Shown here piece after piece: positions 40,442-49,419 of a stretch of DNA of 64,000 nucleotides (the stretch's first letter is position 1; each line of letters starts with the position of its first letter). Under the pieces are notes generated by a model. That model was not told the origin of the DNA. It made no database searches and saw nothing but the letters and a program-made list of their open reading frames with translations. The position numbers were made by a program, and so were the translations under genes. This stretch comes from Alphaproteobacteria bacterium (lineage in GTDB: Bacteria > Pseudomonadota > Alphaproteobacteria > VGEJ01), in assembly GCA_965248765.1 (NCBI GenBank), contig CBDFKF010000004.1, positions 1,301,260 through 1,365,259 of the forward strand, written 5' to 3'.

Positions 40442-40970
40442 CGACGCCGACCGGCTGTCCTCCCCGTTCGATGAGATGCTCGCCAACAATCGGGAGCAGT
40501 TCGACGCGCTCTACGGCGGCGAGCAAGGCGGGCTCGCCGGAGCTAGGCGGGTTCAGGCGTCAACCGCCGAGCGCCAAACGGAACGCGCCGGACCTTCCGG
40601 GCAGCAGGCGCCACTCACCGTCCCTTCCTCGGATTTCAATGCACGATCCACCCCATCCGCCGGTGTCCTAGACGAGTGGTTCGGCGATCGTTGGCGTTTC
40701 GAGATCACGGACCAGCGTCGCGATCGCGACGAGATCGTCGTGGTGGGTCGCGTAATCGTCGCGGATCAGGGCATTGAGATGACCGGGATCGGGCGCGCCA
40801 CCGCGGCAGGCGCAACGCCACGAGAGGTGATCGAGGGAACGGTTGCCGGCATCGCTTTCCAAGCCACACCGGGCGGCGGCTTACACAATGCGACCGCCGT
40901 TGATACGGAGGAATCTGGATTCAAGAGAGCCGCCGTGGCAGCCCTGGCGCAGTGCGTGCAGCTACCCTGA
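40434..40970 (+). CDS. hypothetical protein D2, paralog of the HyuB N-terminal extension
   Basis: Its start overlaps the upstream stop (ATGGCTAA). 'FDEMLANNREQFDAL' and 'WFGDRWRFEITDQRRDRDEIVVVGRVIVADQGIEMTGIGRAT' align to 'LDDLLKANKQQFDKIL' and 'FGSGWSCEVVNRRADSRMVTVLCKLEVDGVTKSQFGSAR' of the hyuB copy 1 extension. Confidence 0.45.
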   Translation: MANDADRLSSPFDEMLANNREQFDALYGGEQGGLAGARRVQASTAERQTERAGPSGQQAPLTVPSSDFNARSTPSAGVLDEWFGDRWRFEITDQRRDRDEIVVVGRVIVADQGIEMTGIGRATAAGATPREVIEGTVAGIAFQATPGGGLHNATAVDTEESGFKRAAVAALAQCVQLP

Positions 40971-41039
40971 ACGCCGCTCAGTCACTTCGCCCTTCTGACC
41001 GGTGGTTCCTGCAGCTGAGTGCGCGCGCTACGGGCGGCG

Positions 41040-41888
41040 TTAGCTAGTCTGCTGGTCCGCCTCGATGCGCTGCCAGAGGTCGCGGATCATGTCCTTCATC
41101 ATCAGCGTCTCTTCCCAGCGGTCGGAAAGCTCGTAGCCGTCGGCGCCGGTTATTGCGTATTCGCGCGGGCCTAGCTCGCACAAGAAGGTCAGTGTCGCGT
41201 CTGCGTGCGCGCGTCGCCGCCAGCTGCGGAACCCGTATTCCCACCAATCCATGAACAGATCCACCCAGTCCTTGTGATGGCGGAAGCTGATCTGGATCTG
41301 CACCTGCTCACGGCTGGCGACCCGCCCGTGAAACCCCCAGCAATTGTCGAGGATGCGGTGCATCAGTGCGTGGTTCTCATCGGAGATCGGCCAGGCAAAC
41401 TCACGCCCGACGAGAAAGTGCGAGATATCGCCGGTGAGGCGAAGATCGGGGAAACGATCTAGGAGATGGAGAGTGAAGAATAGATCCGTCGTCATCCGAT
41501 CCCGGTGGGTCTCGATATGCACCGGGAACGGCGCGTCGGCGGCGATGCGCTGCCAGCCCTCGACGATCGGCACCGCCTCTTCCAGGGCATAGGGCTTGAC
41601 GTCAGGTTGCACGTTGAGGTGGTCGATCACAGGTCCGAACGCTGCCACCTGCTCGATCATCGGCTCGAGCTCCTCGGCGGTCTTCGGAAAGCAGAACGCC
41701 GCGCCCGTCATCCCATTCGTCCGTAAGAATTCGGTTACGACCTCTGCTGTCGAGGGATCATGGAAGCCGACGCCGTTGAACCCGGCATCGCGGATCATCT
41801 CAAGCTTCTGATCGAGCGGCCATTCCTCGCCGTCGGGCTGCCGCCGCTCCATCGCCCACATGGATTGATAGACGAGCAATTTCTGCAT
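41040..41888 (-). CDS. sugar phosphate isomerase/epimerase (xylose-isomerase-like TIM barrel)
   Basis: The 282-aa protein has the typical length and pattern 'GFNGVGFHDP...HIETH' for this family. Confidence 0.6.
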   Translation of the reverse strand: MQKLLVYQSMWAMERRQPDGEEWPLDQKLEMIRDAGFNGVGFHDPSTAEVVTEFLRTNGMTGAAFCFPKTAEELEPMIEQVAAFGPVIDHLNVQPDVKPYALEEAVPIVEGWQRIAADAPFPVHIETHRDRMTTDLFFTLHLLDRFPDLRLTGDISHFLVGREFAWPISDENHALMHRILDNCWGFHGRVASREQVQIQISFRHHKDWVDLFMDWWEYGFRSWRRRAHADATLTFLCELGPREYAITGADGYELSDRWEETLMMKDMIRDLWQRIEADQQTS

Positions 41889-41911
41889 GAACTCCTCCCG
41901 CCGCGTGCCGC

Positions 41912-42775
41912 TCAGGCGTCCAGCTCGACCTCTGACTTCGCAGTCAGCGTCACTTGATCGTGGGGATGATCCTCAGGATGCATGAAACGCCTAGCCCTGC
42001 CGGCACGCACGTGACCGCGCTCCTTGACCGCGCTGTCCGGCAGTCTCTTGAGCGGCGTGTAGCGCGGCATGTGGTGCTCTTTGTACGGGTCGTTGCGTGC
42101 AGCGTTGTAGCAGCATAAGAGGACGTCGCGGTTACGATCCGATGTGTTCTGGTCCGAACCGTGCAGCGTGTTGCAGTGCAGGAAGAGCGCATCGCCCGGC
42201 GCAAGCTCGCCATGGACGACATCGAGCATCTTCAGCGCGTGCTCGACGCGCTCCGGGTCGGCCGTGGTCTGCCCTTCCACCAGCATGTGGTCCTGGCGCC
42301 CCATCTGGTGTGAGCCCTTGAGCACCTGCAGACAACCGTTGTCACGGTTGGCATCGGTGATCGCGATCATCACGCTCAACATGTGGGGGAATAGGTTGCC
42401 GTTGAAGTACCAGTAGCCGTAGTCCTGGTGCCAGTTCCACGCACCGCCAGTGCGTGGTGCCTTCAACGTCAGCTTCGAGTGATAGTGGTACACCTCGCCG
42501 CCGAGCAGGAGCCCGACGCCGTCGACCATGCGCTGGCAGCGAGCGATCGCCCCGAAAAGATCATCGCCAGGCTCCGTCCATAGGATGGTGTCCGTGGTGC
42601 GCCCCTGGCCGTCGAGGATCGCCATATTGTTGGCATGATCGCCAATCCCCTCGTCCTCCAAAAGCGCGTGCCGCATCAGCTCGGCTTCTTCCTCATCGAA
42701 GAAGGCCCGCTTGATCAAGAACCCATCCTCATTGAAACGCGCCGCCTCTTCGGCGGTCACCCGGGGATAGCCCAT
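41912..42775 (-). CDS. PhyH-family Fe(II)/2-oxoglutarate dioxygenase (ectoine-hydroxylase-like), copy A
   Basis: 'WNWHQDYGYWYFNGNLFPHMLSVMIAITDANRDNGCLQVLKGSH' is the His-x-Asp...His facial triad context of the PhyH family. Confidence 0.75.
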   Translation of the reverse strand: MGYPRVTAEEAARFNEDGFLIKRAFFDEEEAELMRHALLEDEGIGDHANNMAILDGQGRTTDTILWTEPGDDLFGAIARCQRMVDGVGLLLGGEVYHYHSKLTLKAPRTGGAWNWHQDYGYWYFNGNLFPHMLSVMIAITDANRDNGCLQVLKGSHQMGRQDHMLVEGQTTADPERVEHALKMLDVVHGELAPGDALFLHCNTLHGSDQNTSDRNRDVLLCCYNAARNDPYKEHHMPRYTPLKRLPDSAVKERGHVRAGRARRFMHPEDHPHDQVTLTAKSEVELDA

Positions 42776-42807
42776 AACATCGCTCCCTTGAGGCGCAGCC
42801 GCGCCCC

Positions 42808-43671
42808 TCAGTTTCCCAGCTCAGCCTCCGATTTCACGGTCAGGCTGACTTGCTCGTCGGGGATGCGGTCGGGGTGCATGAAGACCCGAGCGTTGCCAGC
42901 GCGAACATTGCCGCGCTCCATGACCGCGCTGTCGGGCAACTTGTCCAGCCGCGTATAGCGCGGGAAATGGTGCTCCATGTACGGGTTGTTCCGCGCCGCG
43001 TTGTAGCAACACAGGAGCACGTTACGGTTGCGGTCTGAGGTGTTCTGGCCGGAGCCGTGCAGCGTGTTGCAGTGTAGGAATAGCGCATCCCCCGGCGATA
43101 GCTCGCCGTGGACGACATCGAGAACCTCAAGCGCGTGCTCGACACGCTCGGGATCGGCCGTTGTTTGGCCCTCCACCAACATGTGGTCGAGCCGGCCCAT
43201 GTGGTGCGAGCCCTTGAGCACCTGGAGACAGCCGTTCTCACGGTCGGTTTCGCTGATCGCGATCATCACGCTCAGCATGTGCGGGAACAAGTTGCCGTTG
43301 AAGTACCAGTAGCCGTAATCCTGGTGCCAATTCCACGCCCCGCCGGTCCGCGGCGCCTTGAGCGTCAGCTTGGAGTGGTAATGGTAGACCTCGCCGCCGA
43401 GTGCGAGCTCAACGCCATTGACCATGCGCTCACAGCGCGCGATCGCACCGAACAGGTCATCACCGGGCTCGGTCCACAGGATCGTATCGGTGGTGTGACC
43501 CTGGCCGTCGAGGATCGCCATGTTGTTGGCATCGTCACTGATGCCCTCGTCCTCGATGAGCGCCCGCTGCATCAGCTCGGCCTCTTCGTTGTCGAAGAAG
43601 GCCCGCTTGATCAGAAACCCATCCTCGTTGAAACGCGCCGCCTCGTGGCCAGTCACCGTCGGGTAGCCCAT
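42808..43671 (-). CDS. PhyH-family Fe(II)/2-oxoglutarate dioxygenase, copy B
   Basis: It is ~85% identical to copy A over 287 aa. The start is taken at 'MGYPTVTG'. Confidence 0.75.
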   Translation of the reverse strand: MGYPTVTGHEAARFNEDGFLIKRAFFDNEEAELMQRALIEDEGISDDANNMAILDGQGHTTDTILWTEPGDDLFGAIARCERMVNGVELALGGEVYHYHSKLTLKAPRTGGAWNWHQDYGYWYFNGNLFPHMLSVMIAISETDRENGCLQVLKGSHHMGRLDHMLVEGQTTADPERVEHALEVLDVVHGELSPGDALFLHCNTLHGSGQNTSDRNRNVLLCCYNAARNNPYMEHHFPRYTRLDKLPDSAVMERGNVRAGNARVFMHPDRIPDEQVSLTVKSEAELGN

Positions 43672-43877
43672 CGCATCGTCTCCCTGCCGCCAGGCCATCG
43701 AGCGCCGTTGGCAGCGCCCAATGATATCGTGCCGCACGCCACGCTATGACGCAAATTGCCTACGTCACGGCATCGTGGCGAGCCTGTTGTTGACTCTTTG
43801 GCCTTGTTGCGGAACAGTTCGGCGCCGGAATAACCGCTTCGGCAAGGACTTTCATAGGGATGCCCCAGGGAGGGAGT

Positions 43878-45509
43878 TACATGAGCGAACGCACAAGCAA
43901 AATGAAAACCACACGCCGCCAGGCGCTCAAGACCGGGGCCGCGGGCTTCGCGCTCACGGCGGCCGCCGGAATCGCGCCGAAATACCTTCTGCCGCGGGCG
44001 CGGGCTGCCGGTTTGGCGCCGGGCATGGTCGGCGGTCCGACCGGCTTCGAGGGCGCCGAGCGCTATCAGTACGACGAATCGAACGCCGCTTGGCGGGCTG
44101 CCGAGGCGATGCGGAAGCTCAAGGCCGAGGGCAAGGCGCCCGAGAAGATCGTCATGGCGTGCCTCGACGGCGCGGTTGGCCACTTCATCAACCCGAACCC
44201 GCCGGGAGCACCGACCACGCTCGACCTCTGGGAGCAGGAAACCGGCGTACCGGTCGAGGTGGTCGGGGTGTCGCTCGACGACGCGTACGTGAAGATGCTG
44301 CAGGACGTGACGACCGGGGCCGGTCAATACGACATCTACGCCCTGCTCGTGAATTACTATGGCGACTTCTACGACGCCGGCGGCCTCGTTCCGCTCGATG
44401 ACTACGTCGCCAAGCACAAACCGGATTGGCGCGATCCTGAAAGGGGCGTGCCGAACGACAAGGTCTTCGACGTACTCTACAAGTACGATGGCAAGATCGT
44501 GGGCCTGTCGTTCGACGGCGATTTCTACACCTGGGTCCACCGCAAGGACCTGTTCGCCGACGCCCAGCACCAGAAGGCCTTCGGCGACAAATACGGCTAT
44601 GCCTTGCATCCGCCGGACACGTGGGACCAGGCTGATGACGTCGCCGAGTACTTCAACAGCACGGGGATTAATGGCCACACCCAATACATGGGCACGGTGT
44701 GGGGAATATCGACGTGGTTCAAGCGCTTCATCACCATGGACAAGCCCAACCTGTACCTGTTCGACTTGGAAGGTAACCCACAGATCGATACCGATATCGG
44801 CATCGAGGTCACCGAGAAGCACCTCGAGTACGGCAAGTATTCGGGCAACGGCGCCTCCTACACCTGGAGCTGGTTCGAAGCCTACGGCAGCATGGCCGGA
44901 GGCACCTCGGCGATGATGGATTCGCCGCCCAATATTCCCAAATTCGCAGACCTTCCGGAGGACGAAGCGGTGAACTGGTTGCCGACGAAGGTCGGCGGCA
45001 AGCTCGACTGTCACCTGCCAATCGGCCGTCAGTTCGGCGACGATTTGGTGCGGCGGTCTTGTCTCTTCGGCAGCGCTACCATGGGCATCTCGACCCAGAG
45101 CGAATATCCCGAGGCGGCGTACCTGTTCGGTCAGTGGGCGAGCTCAACCACGCTCTATCCGTGGCTCAGCGCCAACCCGGCCGGCTACATGGATCCCTTC
45201 ATGACATCCACGTTGGAGGATCCGCTGATCCGGGAGGCGTATAGGCCCTACGTGGCCGATATCCTGCCGGAAACGATCCAGCGGGCGGCGCCGATGTTGA
45301 AATTGTCAGGGACCGGCGCGATGCACCAGATACTCGATGAGAATCTCCAGCGGTGCTTCGCCGGCCAACAGACGGCCGCGGAGGCGATGAAGGTTGTGGC
45401 CGGGGAGTGGCGGCGGATCATTCGCAAGAAGGGCGAGACCAAGATGATCGATGCGATCATCGCCGACCGCGAGGGCTGGCCGACGATCATCGACAAGATG
45501 CCGACGTAA
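43878..45509 (+). CDS. extracellular solute-binding protein (family 1) with Tat signal, orphan (no adjacent permease or ATPase)
   Basis: 'MKTTRRQALKTGAAGFALTAAAGIA' is a twin-arginine signal, followed by a ~520-aa SBP-like body. Confidence 0.7.
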   Translation, partial: YMSERTSKMKTTRRQALKTGAAGFALTAAAGIAPKYLLPRARAAGLAPGMVGGPTGFEGAERYQYDESNAAWRAAEAMRKLKAEGKAPEKIVMACLDGAVGHFINPNPPGAPTTLDLWEQETGVPVEVVGVSLDDAYVKMLQDVTTGAGQYDIYALLVNYYGDFYDAGGLVPLDDYVAKHKPDWRDPERGVPNDKVFDVLYKYDGKIVGLSFDGDFYTWVHRKDLFADAQHQKAFGDKYGYALHPPDTWDQADDVAEYFNSTGINGHTQYMGTVWGISTWFKRFITMDKPNLYLFDLEGNPQIDTDIGIEVTEKHLEYGKYSGNGASYTWSWFEAYGSMAGGTSAMMDSPPNIPKFADLPEDEAVNWLPTKVGGKLDCHLPIGRQFGDDLVRRSCLFGSATMGISTQSEYPEAAYLFGQWASSTTLYPWLSANPAGYMDPFMTSTLEDPLIREAYRPYVADILPETIQRAAPMLKLSGTGAMHQILDENLQRCFAGQQTAAEAMKVVAGEWRRIIRKKGETKMIDAIIADREGWPTIIDKMPT

Positions 45510-45578
45510 TGCATCGTTCCGCGAACATCAAAGCAGAAAAGGGCGGCGCAAAGCCCCCGCGCCCGGCTCCCCAGACGA

Positions 45579-46571
45579 TCAGCTTGTCGGCTTGAGGCAG
45601 GCGGTGAGTGACTTGGCGAGGTTACGCATCAGCACGAAGTAGGCGTCCGCGCCGGGCTCCAGATCTGCGCCCATGGGGTCGAGAACGCCGGTGCGCGCGC
45701 CGCTCCCCTCGATGACGGTTCGCACGACCGCGGGCCTGAACTCTGGCTCGGCGAACACACATGTCGCGCCCGTCTCGAGGATCTTCTTGCGCACGTCGAA
45801 CAGCTTCGCGGCGCCCGGCATGCGTTCCGGACTGACCGTGATCGAGCCGGCCGGCTTCAGACCGTAGCGCGCGTCGAAGTATGGGTAGGCGTCATGAAAA
45901 ACGATATACGATCGGTCCTTGATCGACGCGAGCTCGCGTTCCAGTGTCACGTCTAGTTCGGCAAGGCGCGCCCGCACCGCGGCCCCATTGGCCTCGTACG
46001 AAGCCGCGTTGGCCGGATCAGCATCGCTCAGGGTCGCCACGATCTGCTCCACAACCGCCATCGCGTTCACGGGATCGAGCCATAGGTGCATGTTGATCGC
46101 GCCGCGCGCGTGTTGGTGATCGCGCGCATCGCCGTGGTTTTGACCTTGGTCCTTGCCACCCTCGTGGCGAAGCTCGTCCCCTTCGTCATGGGCGCGCGTG
46201 CCCCAGTCGTCACCTTCGCGAAACGCTAGTAGCCTGACGCCAGGCACTTCGTGCAGCGCCACCGCGCGGGCGCTGCGCGGAAGCGCCGCCAGGGGCCGTT
46301 CCAGGAAGGTCTCCATCTCCGCGCCGATCCAAAAAACGACGTCGGCCCGTTGCAACGCCGCAGCTTCCGACGGCCTGAGCGCGTACGTATGCGGCGACGC
46401 GCCACCCTTGACCAGTAGTGTCGGCTCGCCAACGCCGGCCATGACGCCAGCCACGAGCGAGTGAACGGCCTTGATGCTCGCGACGACCTCCGGCGTCTCG
46501 GCAGCGGCGGCCTCGACTGCGGACGTCCACAGCGCTAGTCCGGCGCCTATCGCGCAAAACGTTCGGAACAT
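45579..46571 (-). CDS. znuA: zinc ABC transporter substrate-binding protein with His-rich loop
   Basis: It has the ZnuA fold plus the loop 'HDEGDELRHEGGKDQGQNHGDARDHQHARG'. It is divergent from zur-znuCB. Confidence 0.8.
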   Translation of the reverse strand: MFRTFCAIGAGLALWTSAVEAAAAETPEVVASIKAVHSLVAGVMAGVGEPTLLVKGGASPHTYALRPSEAAALQRADVVFWIGAEMETFLERPLAALPRSARAVALHEVPGVRLLAFREGDDWGTRAHDEGDELRHEGGKDQGQNHGDARDHQHARGAINMHLWLDPVNAMAVVEQIVATLSDADPANAASYEANGAAVRARLAELDVTLERELASIKDRSYIVFHDAYPYFDARYGLKPAGSITVSPERMPGAAKLFDVRKKILETGATCVFAEPEFRPAVVRTVIEGSGARTGVLDPMGADLEPGADAYFVLMRNLAKSLTACLKPTS

Positions 46572-46618
46572 TGCGCCTCCCGCCCGCTCCCGTCTTCTTC
46601 GCTGCCTCACCAGGACGT

Positions 46619-46631
46619 GTTATAGTATAAC
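46619..46631. promoter_or_regulatory. Zur box (GTTATA-g-TATAAC) in the znuA/zur divergent intergenic region
   Basis: It is a perfect 6-1-6 palindrome matching the core of the enterobacterial/alphaproteobacterial Zur consensus TGTTATAnTATAACA. The coordinates are approximate to +/-2. Confidence 0.55.
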
Positions 46632-46685
46632 GTCTCAACAGCACTGCGTCGCAGGTCCACCCGCCACGGAACGCGAGGCAACTCC

Positions 46686-47189
46686 ATGCAGCCCTTCTCC
46701 ACCTTTCCGAGCGCGCACCACAACCATCAGAGCTGCGTTGCGGCGATACTCGCCGACGCCGAGGACCTTTGCCATGACCGCAAGGTCCGCTTCACGGCCC
46801 AGCGGCGCCGTGTGCTTGAGGTCGTCGCGGAGAGCCACGCCGCCATCGGCGCATACGAGATCATGGAGCGACTCCCCCACGAGGGACGACGGCCGGCACC
46901 TATCACTGTTTATCGCGCCCTCGATTTTCTAATCGAGCAGGGCTTGGTGCACCGCCTCGCCAGTCTCAACGCTTACGTGAGCTGCCCGCGTCCTGGCGCC
47001 GCGCACGGCGCTCAGTTCCTGATCTGCCGGCACTGCGGCGTAATCGGAGAGCTCACCGATCCGGCTGTCGATCGGGCGATTGCCGGCGCAGCCACTGAAG
47101 TCGGTTTCGAAGTTGCCTCGCCGGTCATCGAGATCGCCGGCGTGTGTGTCAATTGTCGTGGGGATACCGATCGTGGCGCGGCGGTGTGA
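46686..47189 (+). CDS. zur: Fur-family zinc uptake regulator
   Basis: The 167-aa Fur-fold protein has C-terminal CxxC pairs ('CRHCG', 'CVNCRG') and sits upstream of znuCB. Confidence 0.8.
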   Translation: MQPFSTFPSAHHNHQSCVAAILADAEDLCHDRKVRFTAQRRRVLEVVAESHAAIGAYEIMERLPHEGRRPAPITVYRALDFLIEQGLVHRLASLNAYVSCPRPGAAHGAQFLICRHCGVIGELTDPAVDRAIAGAATEVGFEVASPVIEIAGVCVNCRGDTDRGAAV

Positions 47190-48015
47190 GCCGACGTCGG
47201 TCGGACAAGTCGGGGGCGCCGCACCGCCGGCGCTGATCGAGGCGAAAAGGCTCACGCTCCGCCACGACCGCCACACGCTAGTCGATAACGTCGACTTGGC
47301 CGTGGGTCCCGCCACCATCATCACCATCATCGGGCCGAATGGCGCCGGTAAGACAACTTTATTGAAGCTACTGCTCGGCCTGCTCCGCCCCACGGCCGGC
47401 AGCATCCGGCGGCGCGAGGGGCTTCGTGTCGGCTACCTCCCTCAACACCTCCAACTCGACCCGGTCCTGCCGATCACGGTGGCGAGGCTGATGACGCTGA
47501 CGGTGAGGCGCCCGCGGCACCGCGTCGAAACAGCTCTTGGAGAGACCGGCGTCGCCCATCTGATCGATGCGGCTGTCCAATCGCTGTCCGGCGGCGAGCT
47601 GCAGCGCATGCTGCTCGCGCGCACGCTACTCGCCGATCCTGATCTCCTGGTCCTCGATGAGCCGGTACAGGGCGTCGACTTCGCCGGTGAAGCGGCCCTT
47701 TACGAGCTCATCGGTGAATTGCGCCGGCGCCGCAGCTGCAGCGTGATCATGGTCTCGCACGACCTCCACATGGTCATGGCGGCCACCGATCACGTCATCT
47801 GTCTCAATCGCCACGTGTGCTGCGCCGGCACGGCCGATGCCGTGGGTCAGGACCCTGAGTACGTCCGACTGTTCGGGCCACGGGCGGCCGAAGCGCTCGC
47901 CGTCTACACCCACGATCACGATCATACACACACGGTATCGGGCGAGGTCGTTAATCTCGACCAACTTGGCGCCGAGGCCGCAGATACCGATAGCCCGGGG
48001 CGGCGGGGCGCGTGA
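47173..48015 (+). CDS. znuC: zinc ABC transporter ATP-binding protein
   Basis: It has Walker A 'GPNGAGKTT', 'LSGGELQRMLLAR' and a His-rich C-terminus 'THDHDHTHT'. The start is uncertain (no ATG, probable GTG overlapping the zur 3' end). Confidence 0.75.
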   Translation: MARRCEPTSVGQVGGAAPPALIEAKRLTLRHDRHTLVDNVDLAVGPATIITIIGPNGAGKTTLLKLLLGLLRPTAGSIRRREGLRVGYLPQHLQLDPVLPITVARLMTLTVRRPRHRVETALGETGVAHLIDAAVQSLSGGELQRMLLARTLLADPDLLVLDEPVQGVDFAGEAALYELIGELRRRRSCSVIMVSHDLHMVMAATDHVICLNRHVCCAGTADAVGQDPEYVRLFGPRAAEALAVYTHDHDHTHTVSGEVVNLDQLGAEAADTDSPGRRGA

Positions 48016-48821
48016 TGCTCGCCGATTTCTTCGTGCGCGCTCTGATTGCTGGCATCGGCGTGGCCGTCGTTGCCGGCCCACTCGGCTGCTTCATTGTCTG
48101 GCGTCGCATGGCATACTTCGGCGACACGATGGCGCACTCTGCACTGTTGGGCGTCGCCCTCGGCTTTCTGCTTGATGTGCATCTCACTATTGGCGTCGTC
48201 GCCGTAACACTGCTGGTCGCGTTGATGCTGGTCTCGTTGCAGCAGCGACCGTGGCTGTCGGCAGACGCTCTTCTTGGCATTTTGTCTCACGCGTCGCTCT
48301 CGCTCGGGCTCGTCGCCATCGGCCTCATGGCCTGGCTGCGCCTTGACCTCTTGGGCTATCTGTTCGGCGACATCCTCGCCGTCACACGGGCCGAGATCCT
48401 GTGGATCTATGGTGGCGGCGCCGCCGTGCTCCTGGCCCTACTCGCCATCTGGCGGCCACTTCTCGCGGCGACTGTCCACGAAGATCTCGCCCGCGCCGAA
48501 GGAGTGCCGACGTTCCGCGTGAGGATCATCTTCATGGTGCTCATTGCGCTGGTCATTGCGCTCGCCATGAAGCTCGTCGGCATCCTGCTGATCACATCGC
48601 TGTTGATCATTCCCGCGGCCGCCGCCCGGCGTTTCGCGCGCACGCCGGAGCAAATGGCTATCGGCGCCGCGGTAATGGGGGTCATCGCCGTGGTCCTTGG
48701 GCTCCACGCCTCGCTTGTGCTCGACACGCCCTCGGGGCCATCCATCGTGGTCGCGGCTGCCGCTCTGTTTGCCGCGAGCTTGCTTCCCATCCCGCACCGC
48801 CTGGACGGCCGGCGGATGTAG
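48012..48821 (+). CDS. znuB: zinc ABC transporter permease
   Basis: The 269-aa ZnuB-type permease has 8 TM helices and its start overlaps the znuC stop. Confidence 0.85.
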   Translation: MMLADFFVRALIAGIGVAVVAGPLGCFIVWRRMAYFGDTMAHSALLGVALGFLLDVHLTIGVVAVTLLVALMLVSLQQRPWLSADALLGILSHASLSLGLVAIGLMAWLRLDLLGYLFGDILAVTRAEILWIYGGGAAVLLALLAIWRPLLAATVHEDLARAEGVPTFRVRIIFMVLIALVIALAMKLVGILLITSLLIIPAAAARRFARTPEQMAIGAAVMGVIAVVLGLHASLVLDTPSGPSIVVAAAALFAASLLPIPHRLDGRRM

Positions 48822-48914
48822 ACCGCCGCTAAGCGGGGTTGATCGCGCGAGGCGGCGGCGCTGGTGGCGAACCGAGACATGCTCGGCAGGATCGTGCCGA
48901 AACCCTGAGCCCGG

Positions 48915-49175
48915 TCAGCCCAAGACTTTCTTTTCGGCCCGCCTCAGAAAGGCAATCGTGGTTGCGATGGTTTCGTCGGGAGCCTCGACCAGATCGGCAT
49001 GGCCGATGTTGTCGTAAACCTTTAGTTCGCAGTCCTTGATATTGTCGGCCACCCATTGTGCGCCGGCACCGGAGGGCGCCGTGAACATCGGCGTCAACGT
49101 GTCCTTCGCCGCGGTGATGACGAGGGTCGGGCTCTCGATCCGTTTGCTGATCCCGTTGGCTTGAACCTTGGGCAT
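48915..49175 (-). pseudogene. alpha/beta-hydrolase C-terminal fragment (~86 aa) with its own SD
   Basis: 'MPKVQANGISKRIESPTLVITAAKDTLTP...NIGHADLVEAP' is only the last ~85 residues of an alpha/beta hydrolase, including the catalytic His region. There is no nucleophile-elbow part upstream. GGGAGGA precedes the ATG. Confidence 0.45.
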
Positions 49176-49419
49176 GGCGTCCTCCCTCTCTCTCAGCGCT
49201 TGCCGAGCCCTCGTAACCAGCCAGGGATTTCCAAAACCGCCAACCCCCCGGCCCACACGGCATTGCTCACCAACGTGCGGGCGCCCCAGGCCTTGCCAGC
49301 CGGCACGTTGACTCAAGCGGGCAGCGGCTCGATAGTCCAAGCACGTGCTTAGCCCGTTCACGGGTGGTTTCCAGAGGCCGAAACGGCCCTGAGCGCGTGA
49401 TTTGGAGGGAGAATCGGCA

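Larger units (their letters stand above)
41912..43671 (-). repeat. tandem direct duplication (~0.86 kb unit) of the PhyH dioxygenase gene
   Basis: The two adjacent ORFs are near-identical at protein level, with long identical nucleotide runs visible, for example 'gttgccgttgaagtaccagtagccgta'. Confidence 0.7.

Noticed and set aside
43108-45014. ORFs 43108..43749 (plus strand, 213 aa) and 43653..45014 (minus strand, 453 aa)
   Set aside because: They are antisense to PhyH copy B and to the Tat solute-binding protein respectively, with junk composition.
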